Shown here: positions 52,907 through 64,000 of the stretch, piece by piece
Numbering within the stretch: position 1 is the first letter of the stretch
Layout of the letters: each line of letters begins with the position of its first letter
NCBI GenBank assembly: GCA_963727485.1
Contig: CAVSGM010000001.1
Location: 416,001 to 480,000, forward strand
Source of the DNA: an uncultured delta proteobacterium
GTDB lineage: Bacteria > Myxococcota > Myxococcia > SLRQ01
Reading direction: 5' to 3'
Length of the DNA stretch: 64,000 bases
The notes under the pieces: model-generated
What the model saw: only the letters and a program-made list of their open reading frames with translations
What the model was told of the DNA's origin: nothing
The model's database searches: none
Made by a program: the position numbers and the translations under genes

Positions 52907-53755
52907 ATGAGCCACGGACTCGAGGCGGCGGCGGACGTGTTGGGGATGGCGGGCCTGATGGGCTTGGCCTCCCTGTACTTCTGGCTGATAGGCCGGCTCG
53001 GCAGCGGCAGCCGGAACAAGATCGGCCTCGGGGGCGCGCCGAACGAGGCCACCCTCCAGAAGGTCCGTGCCTTCCTCGACGGCCTGGCGGCCAAGCTCGG
53101 CGAGGGCCAGAGCTACGTCGACACCAACAGCAAGAACGTCGAGTGGCGGGGACAGGTCCACGACCATCCGGTCCGCATCCAGGTCTACTGGCAGTACACC
53201 ATCCAGCTCTACGTCAAGGGTCCGGCCGGGCTCGGGGACCTCCCCACGCTGCGCTGGGACGAGAAGCTGGTCCCCCAGGTCGGGGCGCCGCCGCCGTGGG
53301 ACACCACCGACACCGAGCTGGTGTTCCTCGCCAAGGGGGTCTACGTCGAGGGCTCGTCGGCCGAGACCACCCGGGACCTGGCGCGGTTCCGGCGACTGCC
53401 CCAGGAGGTCGGGCAGGCGCTGGTCACGGACATGCGCGAGGTGGGCATCGAGCGGGTCTACTTCGACGACGACGGCTTCGTCGAGGCCGACTTCAAGACC
53501 GACCTCTACGAGCTGCCCGACCCCGGGCCCAAGATCGTTCGCATGGTCCAGACCCTGGTCCGCGTCGTCGGCGCCGTCCAGGCGGGCCTGCCGCCGGCGG
53601 CGGTCGTCGCGACCGGGCACTCGGGCCCAGCCTCACCGGGCGAGAAGATCACCTGCCCCTACTGCGGCAGCGTCTACCTGCTCACGCCGGTGACCCCGGG
53701 ACATCCGGCCTACGGCTGCCCCAACTGCGGCGCGCCGCCCCAGGAAGCCGCCTGA
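52907..53755 (+). CDS. Membrane-anchored hypothetical protein with C-terminal zinc ribbon
   Basis: N-terminal TM; CPYCG...CPNCGAP. Confidence 0.7.
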   Translation: MSHGLEAAADVLGMAGLMGLASLYFWLIGRLGSGSRNKIGLGGAPNEATLQKVRAFLDGLAAKLGEGQSYVDTNSKNVEWRGQVHDHPVRIQVYWQYTIQLYVKGPAGLGDLPTLRWDEKLVPQVGAPPPWDTTDTELVFLAKGVYVEGSSAETTRDLARFRRLPQEVGQALVTDMREVGIERVYFDDDGFVEADFKTDLYELPDPGPKIVRMVQTLVRVVGAVQAGLPPAAVVATGHSGPASPGEKITCPYCGSVYLLTPVTPGHPAYGCPNCGAPPQEAA

Positions 53756-53785
53756 CGCCGGGGTCGTGAGGCCGCCACCCGGCGG

Positions 53786-55279
53786 CTAGGGTCCCTCGAG
53801 CTGCTTCTCGGCGTGGCTCTCGCCGTCGTAGCTCATCAGCAGGCCCTGGCCCTCGACCTCGGTGAAGATGTGCACCGGGCGGCGCCACAGGGCCTGGAGG
53901 TTCTCCAGGGTGTCCACCGCGTCGTCGTGCTTGAGGTCGGTGCCCTCGTAGCGGTGGGTGAGGAGCATCTCCCCGCGGTTCTGGTAGTTGGCGTCGACGA
54001 CCTCGATGATCGGCTGGCCGAAGTTCGTCAGCATCGAGAGGAGCTTGTGCTTCACCTCGGCGAACTTCTTGCTGGTGATGACCCAGTTGTCGGTCTTGGG
54101 GTCGAAGTCGAAGCTGAACAGCTTGTGCTCGATGACGAACTCGGGCGTGAGGAAGGTGTCGATGAAGGTGACGTCGTTGTAGAGGCGGCGGACCTCGAAG
54201 ATCTTGTCCCGGCCGAGGCCGAGGTCGCGGTTCCAGGTGCGCCGCTTCGCCATGTCGTCACACTCGTCGTACTCCTTGCCGAAGCGCCCGGTGTTCCACC
54301 GGTCCTCCACGTCACGCAAAAGCTCGATCCCCAGCTTGTAGGGGTTCAGCGTCCCGCTCGCCGAGAGGATCCCCGCGTGGTCGGCGGCGTAGTCGATGAT
54401 CTCGTCGTCGCGCACCGCCTTCTGGGTCATGATCTTCGAGTGCCAGTAGGCGGCCCAGCCCTCGTTGAGGATCTTGGTCTGGGCCTGGGGCGCGAAGTAG
54501 TAGGCCTCCTCGCGGATGATGGCGAGGACGTCGCGCTCCCAGCGCTCCAGCGGCGCGTGCTCGAGGAGGAAGAGGAGCACGTCGCGCTCGGGCCGCTCGG
54601 GGAAGTTCTTCTCCTGGGCCTTCTCCGCCTCGATGCGCTGCTTCTGCTGCTCCAGGAACGCGTCGGGGTTGATGTACGACTCCATGTACGACCGGTCGAC
54701 CTTGAGCCGGGGGATCTCCTGGGCGCCCGGCTCCTCGGCGTTCTCGTCCCGCGCCGGACCCCGGCGCTTGATGTAGGGCGAGTGGTGGTCGATGAGGTTC
54801 TCCAGCGACAGGCACCGGTCGATGAAGGCCTCGATCTTCTCCACCCCGTGCCGGTCGATGAGCCGCCTGACCCGCGTGGCGTGGTTGCCCATCTCGTCCA
54901 GCATCTTCCGGTTGGTGTGCTGGAAGTAGAAGTTGTTCTTGAAGAAGTCGTTGTGCCCGTAGACGTGGGCCATGACCGTCTTGGAGTCGACGTCGGCGTT
55001 GGTGTCGAGGAGGTAGGCGTAGCAGGGGTCGTTGTTGATCACGAGCTCGTAGATCTTGGAGAGCCCGTACTCGTAGCCCTTGGCGAGGCGCTCGTAGTCC
55101 ATCCCGAAGCGCCAGTGGGGGTAGCGCTTGGGGAAGCCGCCGTAGGCGGCGACCATGTTCATCTCGTCGTAGTTGACGACCTCGAAGACCTGCTCGAAGA
55201 AGTCGAGACCGTAGTCGCGGGCGTAGCCCTCGATCTCCTGCTTCAGGGCGGCGAGGCGGGGGGTCAGCGGCTTCGGCAT
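53786..55279 (-). CDS. spoVR: SpoVR/YcgB-family protein
   Basis: [56 protein letters not shown]. Confidence 0.95.
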   Translation of the reverse strand: MPKPLTPRLAALKQEIEGYARDYGLDFFEQVFEVVNYDEMNMVAAYGGFPKRYPHWRFGMDYERLAKGYEYGLSKIYELVINNDPCYAYLLDTNADVDSKTVMAHVYGHNDFFKNNFYFQHTNRKMLDEMGNHATRVRRLIDRHGVEKIEAFIDRCLSLENLIDHHSPYIKRRGPARDENAEEPGAQEIPRLKVDRSYMESYINPDAFLEQQKQRIEAEKAQEKNFPERPERDVLLFLLEHAPLERWERDVLAIIREEAYYFAPQAQTKILNEGWAAYWHSKIMTQKAVRDDEIIDYAADHAGILSASGTLNPYKLGIELLRDVEDRWNTGRFGKEYDECDDMAKRRTWNRDLGLGRDKIFEVRRLYNDVTFIDTFLTPEFVIEHKLFSFDFDPKTDNWVITSKKFAEVKHKLLSMLTNFGQPIIEVVDANYQNRGEMLLTHRYEGTDLKHDDAVDTLENLQALWRRPVHIFTEVEGQGLLMSYDGESHAEKQLEGP

Positions 55280-56388
55280 TACTTGCCCTTACCCAGGAAG
55301 TCCTTGATGGACCGGTGGATGCCGTCCTTGTCGGGGATCTCGGACCAGATGATCCGCTCGTCCTCGGGGAAGCCCTCGCGCAGGTCCTTGAGGAACTGCC
55401 CCGAGCCGTAGGGGCTCTCCACCTGCCCGTAGCAGAACACGTTGGACCACGGCAGGAGGTTCTCGCGGAGGATGTCGAGGCAGAGCCGACTGTCCTCGGC
55501 GGACCAGTTGTCGCCGTCGGAGAAGTGGAAGGGGTAGATGTTCCAGGAGCTGGGGTCGTAGTCGGCCTCGATGATCTCCTTGGCCAGCTTGTAGGCGCTG
55601 GAGATCATGGTCCCGCCCGACTCCCGGGTGTGGAAGAAGGTGTCCCGGTCGACCTCGCGGGCGACGGCGTCGTGGATGATGTAGCGGGTCTCGAGGCCCT
55701 GGTACTGGCTGCGCAGCCAGGTGTCGATCCAGAAGGTCTCGATGCGCACCAGCTCCTTCTGCTCGTCGCCCATGGAGCCCGACACGTCCATCATCAGCAG
55801 GATCACCGCGTTGGACTCGGGGAGCTTCTGCTCCTTCCACGAGCGGTAGCGCATGTCCTCGCGCACCGGGACCACCACCGGGTTGGCCGGATCGTAGAGG
55901 CCCGAGGCGATGGTGCGCCGCAGCGCCTGGCGGTAGGTCCGCCGGAAGTGGCGCAGCGACTCGGGCCCCACGGTGTTGACCCCGGTGTAGCGGGTCTTCA
56001 CCGAGTGGATGTTCTTCTTCCCCTTGGGTTCGATCTCGGGGAGCTCGAGCTCCTCGCCGAGGAGCTCGGCGAGCTCGGCGAGGGTGACGTCGACCTCGAG
56101 GACGTGCTGGCCTTCGCCCTGGCCGGCCTCGCCGGTGCCGGGCTGCTGCTCGCCGTCCTGGCCGAGGACGTCGCCCTCCTCGCCCTCGCCCTGGCTCACG
56201 CCGCCGGTCTGCTTGGGCCCGAAGCGGAACTTGGGGATGTCGATCCGCGGGAGGGGGATGGAGATGACATCCGTCCCCTTCTTCCCGAACATCTCCCCCT
56301 GGGAGATGTACTTCTTCAGGTTGCTCTTGATCTTCCCGCGGACGATCTGCTTGAACCGCGAGTGGTCCTGCTTGATGGGCAGCGGCAA
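55279..56388 (-). CDS. yeaH: YeaH/YhbH (DUF444) vWA-like protein
   Basis: [32 protein letters not shown] start. Confidence 0.93.
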   Translation of the reverse strand: MPLPIKQDHSRFKQIVRGKIKSNLKKYISQGEMFGKKGTDVISIPLPRIDIPKFRFGPKQTGGVSQGEGEEGDVLGQDGEQQPGTGEAGQGEGQHVLEVDVTLAELAELLGEELELPEIEPKGKKNIHSVKTRYTGVNTVGPESLRHFRRTYRQALRRTIASGLYDPANPVVVPVREDMRYRSWKEQKLPESNAVILLMMDVSGSMGDEQKELVRIETFWIDTWLRSQYQGLETRYIIHDAVAREVDRDTFFHTRESGGTMISSAYKLAKEIIEADYDPSSWNIYPFHFSDGDNWSAEDSRLCLDILRENLLPWSNVFCYGQVESPYGSGQFLKDLREGFPEDERIIWSEIPDKDGIHRSIKDFLGKGK

Positions 56389-56391
56389 GGC

Positions 56392-58443
<2,052 letters not shown>

Positions 58444-58558
58444 CAGCGGATGATCTCCATGAAGTTCAACAAGTAGGAATCCAGCTCTACCTGGGGCGAA
58501 CCGGGCAGCGACCCACGATCATTCCCCACGTCCACCCGGCGCCCGCGCCCTCTGATCG

Positions 58559-58588
58559 AGCATACGGGAGGCGGATCCGGCGAAGCAA
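58559..58588 (-). promoter_or_regulatory. Possible sigma70-type promoter of the prkA operon
   Basis: Minus strand TTGCTT-N18-TATGCT. Confidence 0.3.
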
Positions 58589-58630
58589 GGCGACGGCCCT
58601 CCCCATGGGCGGACCCGGGCCCCCGCGCCG

Positions 58631-59436
58631 CTAGAAATGCGTCAGCGATCCTTCACGTTGGGCCCGGCGCACCGCCCAGGCAAAGATCCCGAGCGAGAGG
58701 GGCAGGAGGACCACCGCGAAGCCCACGAGGATGCTGAGGGCCCGGGTGAGCGCCGGCCCCCCGGTCCCCAGGAACGCCTCGCGCAGGGCCACCAGGACGT
58801 GGGTCATCGGCAGGGCCTGCGCCGCGTCCTGGAGGGGCCGGGGGAGGATCTCCACGGGGTAGTACACCCCCGAGAGGAGCACCGAGAGGGTCGCCAGCGC
58901 CCAGGCCACCGGGTCCCCGCGCTTGAGGACCATGGTGAAGCTCGCCGAGAGGATGCCCAGGGCGGCGAAGGTGACGACCCCGAGGCCCACCGCCAGGAGC
59001 GCCGCCGGCAGGTGGGCGAGCGAGATCCGGGCCCCGAAGAGGGCGGCGCCGAAGGCGAGGTAGAGGGCGCCCCGGGCGGTGGCGCCGACCAGCGGCCAGG
59101 CGCTCTCCCCCAGGACCGCGCCGGCCGGGGAGATGGGCGTGGCGAGCACCGCCTCCAGGGTCCCGAGCACCTGGGCCTGGCGCACCCTTCGGCCGAAGCC
59201 GGTGAGGGCCTCGCCGAGGAAGGCGTTGACCGCGAGGCCCACCAGGACGAAGGCGAAGTACCCGCCCCGGTACCGCGAGAGCCCCGGCGCCGCCTGCTGC
59301 ACCACCTGGGAGAGGAAGAAGAAGATGAGGATGGAGAAGAGCCCGCCGGCCAGCCCGAAGAGGAAGTTCGCCCGGTAGCTGGCCTCGGTGAGGAGGTCCC
59401 GGCGGAGGAAGGCCAGGGTGACGCGCAGGGCCCGGC

Positions 59437-59440
<4 letters not shown>
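58631..59440 (-). CDS. ABC-2 type permease
   Basis: ASYRANF, GTLEAVLATP, LSGVYYPVEILP; six TMs; ATGA-coupled. Confidence 0.88.
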
Positions 59441-60258
<818 letters not shown>

Positions 60259-60266
60259 CGCCTGCG

Positions 60267-61334
60267 TCAGCCTCCCCGACCGGGGTGGCGGTGGTGGCGG
60301 AAGTACTCCACCTGCCACTTCTCCACCGCCCGCTCATGGCAGGCGAGGGTGGGGCAGAAGACGTGGGTGCCGTCGTTCCGGGAGACGAAGAAGAGGTCGT
60401 CGCACTTGGAGGGGTGGAGCGCCGCCTCCAGGGCCGCCTCGCCCGGCGAGGCGATGGGGCCGGGCGGGAGCCCCTTGATCACGTAGGTGTTGTAGGGGCT
60501 CTTCAGCTCCAGGTCGGCGCGGGTGAGGTTGCCGTCCCAGCGCCCCTCCCGGACCAGGGAGTAGATGACCGTGGGGTCGGTCTGGAGGCGCATGTGCTTG
60601 TCCAGCCGGTTGTGGAAGACGCAGGAGATGTGCGGGCGCTCGGCGGGCTGGGCGGTCTCCTTCTCGATGATCGAGGCGAGGGTGACCGCCTGGAGGCGGG
60701 TGAGCTTCACCTCCGGGGCCCGGACCTTCTGGGCCTGCTTCCAGGCGGCGAGGAAGCGGTGGACGGTGATGGTGAGGATCTCCTTCGCCGAGAGGCCCTT
60801 CGCCAGGGTGTAGGTGTCGGGGAAGACGAAGCCCTCGAGGCTGTCGGCGTGGAGGCCGAGGTGGTGGACGAAGGCCGGGTCGTGGGCGAGCCGGAGGAGG
60901 TCGGTGGCCCTGGCGAGGCCCGCCTTCTCGAACAGGGGCATGATCTCCTCGAGGCGCAGGCCCTCGGGGATGGTGACCTTGTAGGTGCGCACCTCGCCCC
61001 GGATGATCTTGTCGAGGACCTCGCCTGGGGTCTCGGGGCCGGAGAAGAGGTACTCGCCCGCCTTGATCCGGCTGCCGGCGTGGCGGACCCGCTGGGCCCA
61101 GAGGTAGAAGACGCTCCCGCCGATGGGGACGCGGGTGTCGCGGATGACCCCGGCGCGCTGGAGCTGGCGGCCGAGGGTCTCGAGGCCGGTGCCCGGCTTC
61201 ACCTGGACCACCGCCTCGCCGCCTTGGGGGGTGACCGGGGCGTCGAGGAAGGCGCGGTAGCGGCTGTGGAGGTAGCCGACCACGCCGAAGGCGGCGAGGG
61301 CGACGAGGCCGAGGGCGACGAGGAGCTTCTTCAC
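60267..61334 (-). CDS. mltG: Endolytic transglycosylase MltG
   Basis: IKAGEY, TIPEG, LEGFVFPDTY, LASIIEKET, LQTDPTVIY, SPYNTY..GLPPGPI. Confidence 0.96.
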   Translation of the reverse strand: MKKLLVALGLVALAAFGVVGYLHSRYRAFLDAPVTPQGGEAVVQVKPGTGLETLGRQLQRAGVIRDTRVPIGGSVFYLWAQRVRHAGSRIKAGEYLFSGPETPGEVLDKIIRGEVRTYKVTIPEGLRLEEIMPLFEKAGLARATDLLRLAHDPAFVHHLGLHADSLEGFVFPDTYTLAKGLSAKEILTITVHRFLAAWKQAQKVRAPEVKLTRLQAVTLASIIEKETAQPAERPHISCVFHNRLDKHMRLQTDPTVIYSLVREGRWDGNLTRADLELKSPYNTYVIKGLPPGPIASPGEAALEAALHPSKCDDLFFVSRNDGTHVFCPTLACHERAVEKWQVEYFRHHRHPGRGG

Positions 61335-61465
61335 GGGGCCACAGCCTACTCCGGGCCGGGTCGGCGGTCATCCCGGGGGTCCGCGCGCCGGACGGCGGTC
61401 CGGGGCCAGGACCGGCCGCCGGGCCCGGGGCGCGCCAAGGGCGCGGATCTCCTGGGCGCGGCCGG

Positions 61466-61481
61466 TGGCACGCCCGTCGCA
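61466..61481 (+). promoter_or_regulatory. Putative sigma54 -24/-12 promoter
   Basis: TGGCACGCCCGTCGCA (GG-N10-GC) 55 nt upstream of the ATG with AAAGGAG RBS. Confidence 0.6.
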
Positions 61482-61535
61482 CCGGGTCGCCTCCCAGCCG
61501 CCGGGGACGGACCCCGGCCGGGAAAGGAGCAGGTC

Positions 61536-62368
61536 ATGGACGGACAGGTGGGCATGGACTCGGTCCTCGGGGCCCTGGGGGGCGTCGCCTCGGGCATCGG
61601 CGGGTTGGTGGGCGAGGTCGCCACCTCCCTCACCGGCAGCCAGGAGCTCGGCGACCTCGCCGGCGCCGCGGTGAACCTCCTCACCGGGAACGTCCCCGGC
61701 GCCATCGCCGAGGGGGTGAAGCTCGGCAAGGATGTCCTCGAGACCCCGTGTCCCCCGGGCGGGCCCGGGTCGCTGGGGCCGGGGCTCTCGGGGCCCGGGG
61801 CGGCCCCCCGGAGCGCCGCCGAGGCCGCCGCCACCGCGCCGTCCCCGGAGGTGGGCCCCGAGGGCGCCGGGGGCATGCCCCAGGGCGACCCGGCGCGGGG
61901 CTACGCCATGCGCCGCGGGGTCGAGCCCGGTGGCGGCGGCACGGGCGTGCGCGGGTCGGACGATGCGCCGGAGACGCCCGCGGGTCCCCGCGGCCACCCG
62001 GTCAAGCCCGCCGGCCCCAAGGGCCACCCGGTCAAGCCGCGCCCGCCGGCCCCAAGGGCCACCCCGCGGGGAAGGCCACGGGCATCCAGGGCATCCTCGG
62101 CGACGGCTCCCTGTCCATCGAGGACAAGGTCGCCATGCTCCTCTCCAGCCTCGTCGACGGCCTCGACGGGAAGATCGAGGACGAGATGGGCCAGCTCGCA
62201 AAGGCCCAGCAGGGCGGGGGGAGCGCCAAGGCCGCCGGCGACGTGCAGCAGCTCCAGACCCAGCTCCAGCTCCTGGTGCAGCGGCGCTCCCAGATGCTCA
62301 CCCTGCTCTCCAACCTCGAGGGGCTCTTCAACCAGACCTCGATGCAGGTCATCTCCAACATCCGCTAG
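61536..62368 (+). CDS. Hypothetical T3SS substrate-like protein (Gly-zipper N-terminus, Pro-rich repeats, needle/rod-like C-terminal helix); frameshift near 62040
   Basis: No signal peptide; VLGALGGVASGIGGLVG; C-terminus QLQLLVQRRSQMLTLLSNLEGLFNQTSMQVISNIR. Confidence 0.6.
61977..62065 (+). repeat. About 3 copies of a 30-bp repeat encoding PAGP(R/K)GHPVK
   Basis: CCCGCGGGTCCCCGCGGCCACCCGGTCAAG / CCCGCCGGCCCCAAGGGCCACCCGGTCAAG / partial third copy. Confidence 0.8.
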
Positions 62369-62376
62369 GGACCGCC

Positions 62377-62919
62377 ATGCACGACGCACCGACGCGCCTC
62401 AAAGGGATCGCTGCCCGGGGCCGGCCCCGGGTCCCCGAGGCGCAGAAGGCCCTGGTCCGCCGCTTCCTCCGCGGGGAGATCACCTTCGCCCAGCTCGAGG
62501 GCCTCACCGCCGAGGAGGCCTCCCGGATCGCGGCGGTGGGCCACGCCCTCTTCCGCCGGGGGCGGCTCTCGGAGGCCGCGACCGTCTTCGAGGGGCTGGC
62601 GGCGGTCAACCCCCTCGACCCCTACGCCCACCAGCTCCTCGGGGCCATCGCCGAGCGCCAGGGCCGCGCCGGCGATGCCCTGAAGCACTACGACGTCAGC
62701 CTCTCGCTCCGGGGGGGCGACCCCTGGGTCCTGGCCCGGCGCGGCGAGCTGCGGATCCGCGCCGGGGATCCCGGGGGCGGCGCCGAGGACCTGGCCCGGG
62801 CCTGCGCCGGCGATCCCGAGGCCCAGGTGCCCACCACCCCCCGGGCCCGGCTCATCCTCCAGGCGCTGCGGCGCGCGGCGCGGAGGCAGGGCCAGGCGCC
62901 GCGGGGACGTGCGCCTTGA
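62377..62919 (+). CDS. TPR protein, SycD/LcrH-like type III secretion chaperone
   Basis: FLRGEITFAQLEGLTAEE...IAAVGHALFRRGRLSEAATVFEGL..VNPLDPY; three TPRs. Confidence 0.72.
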   Translation: MHDAPTRLKGIAARGRPRVPEAQKALVRRFLRGEITFAQLEGLTAEEASRIAAVGHALFRRGRLSEAATVFEGLAAVNPLDPYAHQLLGAIAERQGRAGDALKHYDVSLSLRGGDPWVLARRGELRIRAGDPGGGAEDLARACAGDPEAQVPTTPRARLILQALRRAARRQGQAPRGRAP

Positions 62920-64000
62920 GCCAGTCGCGGTACCACAGGGCCATGCCGATGCGCTTGTAGGTCGAGGGGTGGCCGGCAAACCAGTAGTGGACCCAGGCCG
63001 GGGGGTTCACGTCGGCCTGGTTCACCTTGGCCAGCTTGACCTGCATGGTCACGAAGGCCTCGGGGTTCCCGGTGAGGGTCAGGGCCACCTCGTCGGCGTC
63101 CCGCTCCTCGTGGCGGCTGTAGGCGGCGTCGAGGGGCGCGATGACGTTGAAGAGCACGAAGGTCACCAGGAAGAGCAGCGGCAGGGCCCGGATGTCGCCG
63201 GGGCCCGAGAGGCGAAGCGGCCCGGCGAGGCGCCGCAGCAGCCAGGCGAGCAGGCCCATGAGCAAGAAGAGGGCCAGCCCCGAGAGGGCGTAGCGGATCC
63301 ACACGTTGCGGTGGCGCAGGTGGCCGAGCTCGTGGCCCACCACCTCCACCACCTCCGCCGGGGTCATGGCCTTGACCAGGTTGTCGAAGAGGACCAGCTC
63401 CCGGGAGGGGCCGACGCCGGTGAAGTAGGCGTCGAGGGCCTTGGTGGTCCGGCTCGCCTCCACCACCTTCACCGACTTGAGCGAGAGGTGCTCGTGGTCC
63501 ATGAGCCGGTGGATGTCGGCGAGGAGCGCCTGGTTCTTCAGGGGGTGGAAGTCGTAGTAGAGGCGCGACTGGTAGGGCGCCACCAGGCCGTAGGCGAAGA
63601 GGAGGAAGAAGGTGGGGATCCCCAGCGCCAGCCACCAGCCCCGGGGGAGGCGGCGCACCAGCCCGAAGAGGCCGATGACCACGAAGGAGAGCACCACCGC
63701 CCCGAAGAGCTCGCCCTTCACCGCGTCCCAGATCCAGGCGCCGGCGGTGTAGTTCGAGAGGCCCGCGGCCTGGTCCACCGCCTCCGAGGCGACGGAGAAG
63801 GGCAGGTCCACGCAGGTCCCCAGGAGGCTGAAGCCGTAGGCGAAGAGGAGCGCCGAGGCCCAGTCCGCGCCGAAGAGGCGCCGGAGCGCCAGGCCCAGGC
63901 GGCGGGCGAGCCCCCCCTGGAACGCCCGGCGGCCGGCGAGGCGGGCGGCGAGGCGCTTGGAGACCCCGTCGAGCCAGCGGCCCAGGGGGCCCACGAAGAG
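62852..64000 (-). CDS. M48 (Ste24/HtpX-like) membrane zinc metalloprotease, 5' end outside the window
   Basis: AYFTGVG..RELVLFDNL, HELGH, SRHEERDAD, HPS...RI. Confidence 0.92.
   Translation of the reverse strand, partial: LFVGPLGRWLDGVSKRLAARLAGRRAFQGGLARRLGLALRRLFGADWASALLFAYGFSLLGTCVDLPFSVASEAVDQAAGLSNYTAGAWIWDAVKGELFGAVVLSFVVIGLFGLVRRLPRGWWLALGIPTFFLLFAYGLVAPYQSRLYYDFHPLKNQALLADIHRLMDHEHLSLKSVKVVEASRTTKALDAYFTGVGPSRELVLFDNLVKAMTPAEVVEVVGHELGHLRHRNVWIRYALSGLALFLLMGLLAWLLRRLAGPLRLSGPGDIRALPLLFLVTFVLFNVIAPLDAAYSRHEERDADEVALTLTGNPEAFVTMQVKLAKVNQADVNPPAWVHYWFAGHPSTYKRIGMALWYRDWLKAHVPAAPGPASAPRAAAPGG

Overview
A very GC-rich bacterial chromosomal segment, most likely from a myxobacterium (Myxococcota). 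This is inferred from a TIGR02266-type Hsp70, an RpoH-family sigma factor, a myxobacterial-type SycD-like TPR protein and several sigma54 promoter boxes. The first ~12 kb carries many single-base frameshifts, including in the essential alaS, which look like long-read assembly errors. Most genes are housekeeping or envelope functions: a REC-GGDEF diguanylate cyclase, alaS, a non-canonical Hsp70, a lipid-anchored S53 protease with four PPC domains, gshA/EI24/gshB, a Ca2+ exchanger plus P-type ATPase, a PadR-DUF1048-ABC module, rpoH-like sigma, a DEAD-box helicase, hutF/hutG, folD, a GH3 hexosaminidase plus M23 peptidase, prkA-yeaH-spoVR, an ABC-2 transporter, mltG and an M48 protease. The most interesting items are four. 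(1) An orphan sigma54-type two-gene unit encoding a T3SS needle/translocator-like protein plus a SycD/LcrH-like chaperone, with no T3SS genes nearby. (2) A RAYT-type HUH transposase behind a PafBC/RecA-NDp-like promoter motif. (3) A sigma54-type operon of three unknown secreted proteins (OB-fold, DQDRD-repeat, outer-membrane barrel). (4) A secreted His/Lys-rich Asr-like peptide with a structured upstream region. No rRNA, tRNA or CRISPR array was seen.
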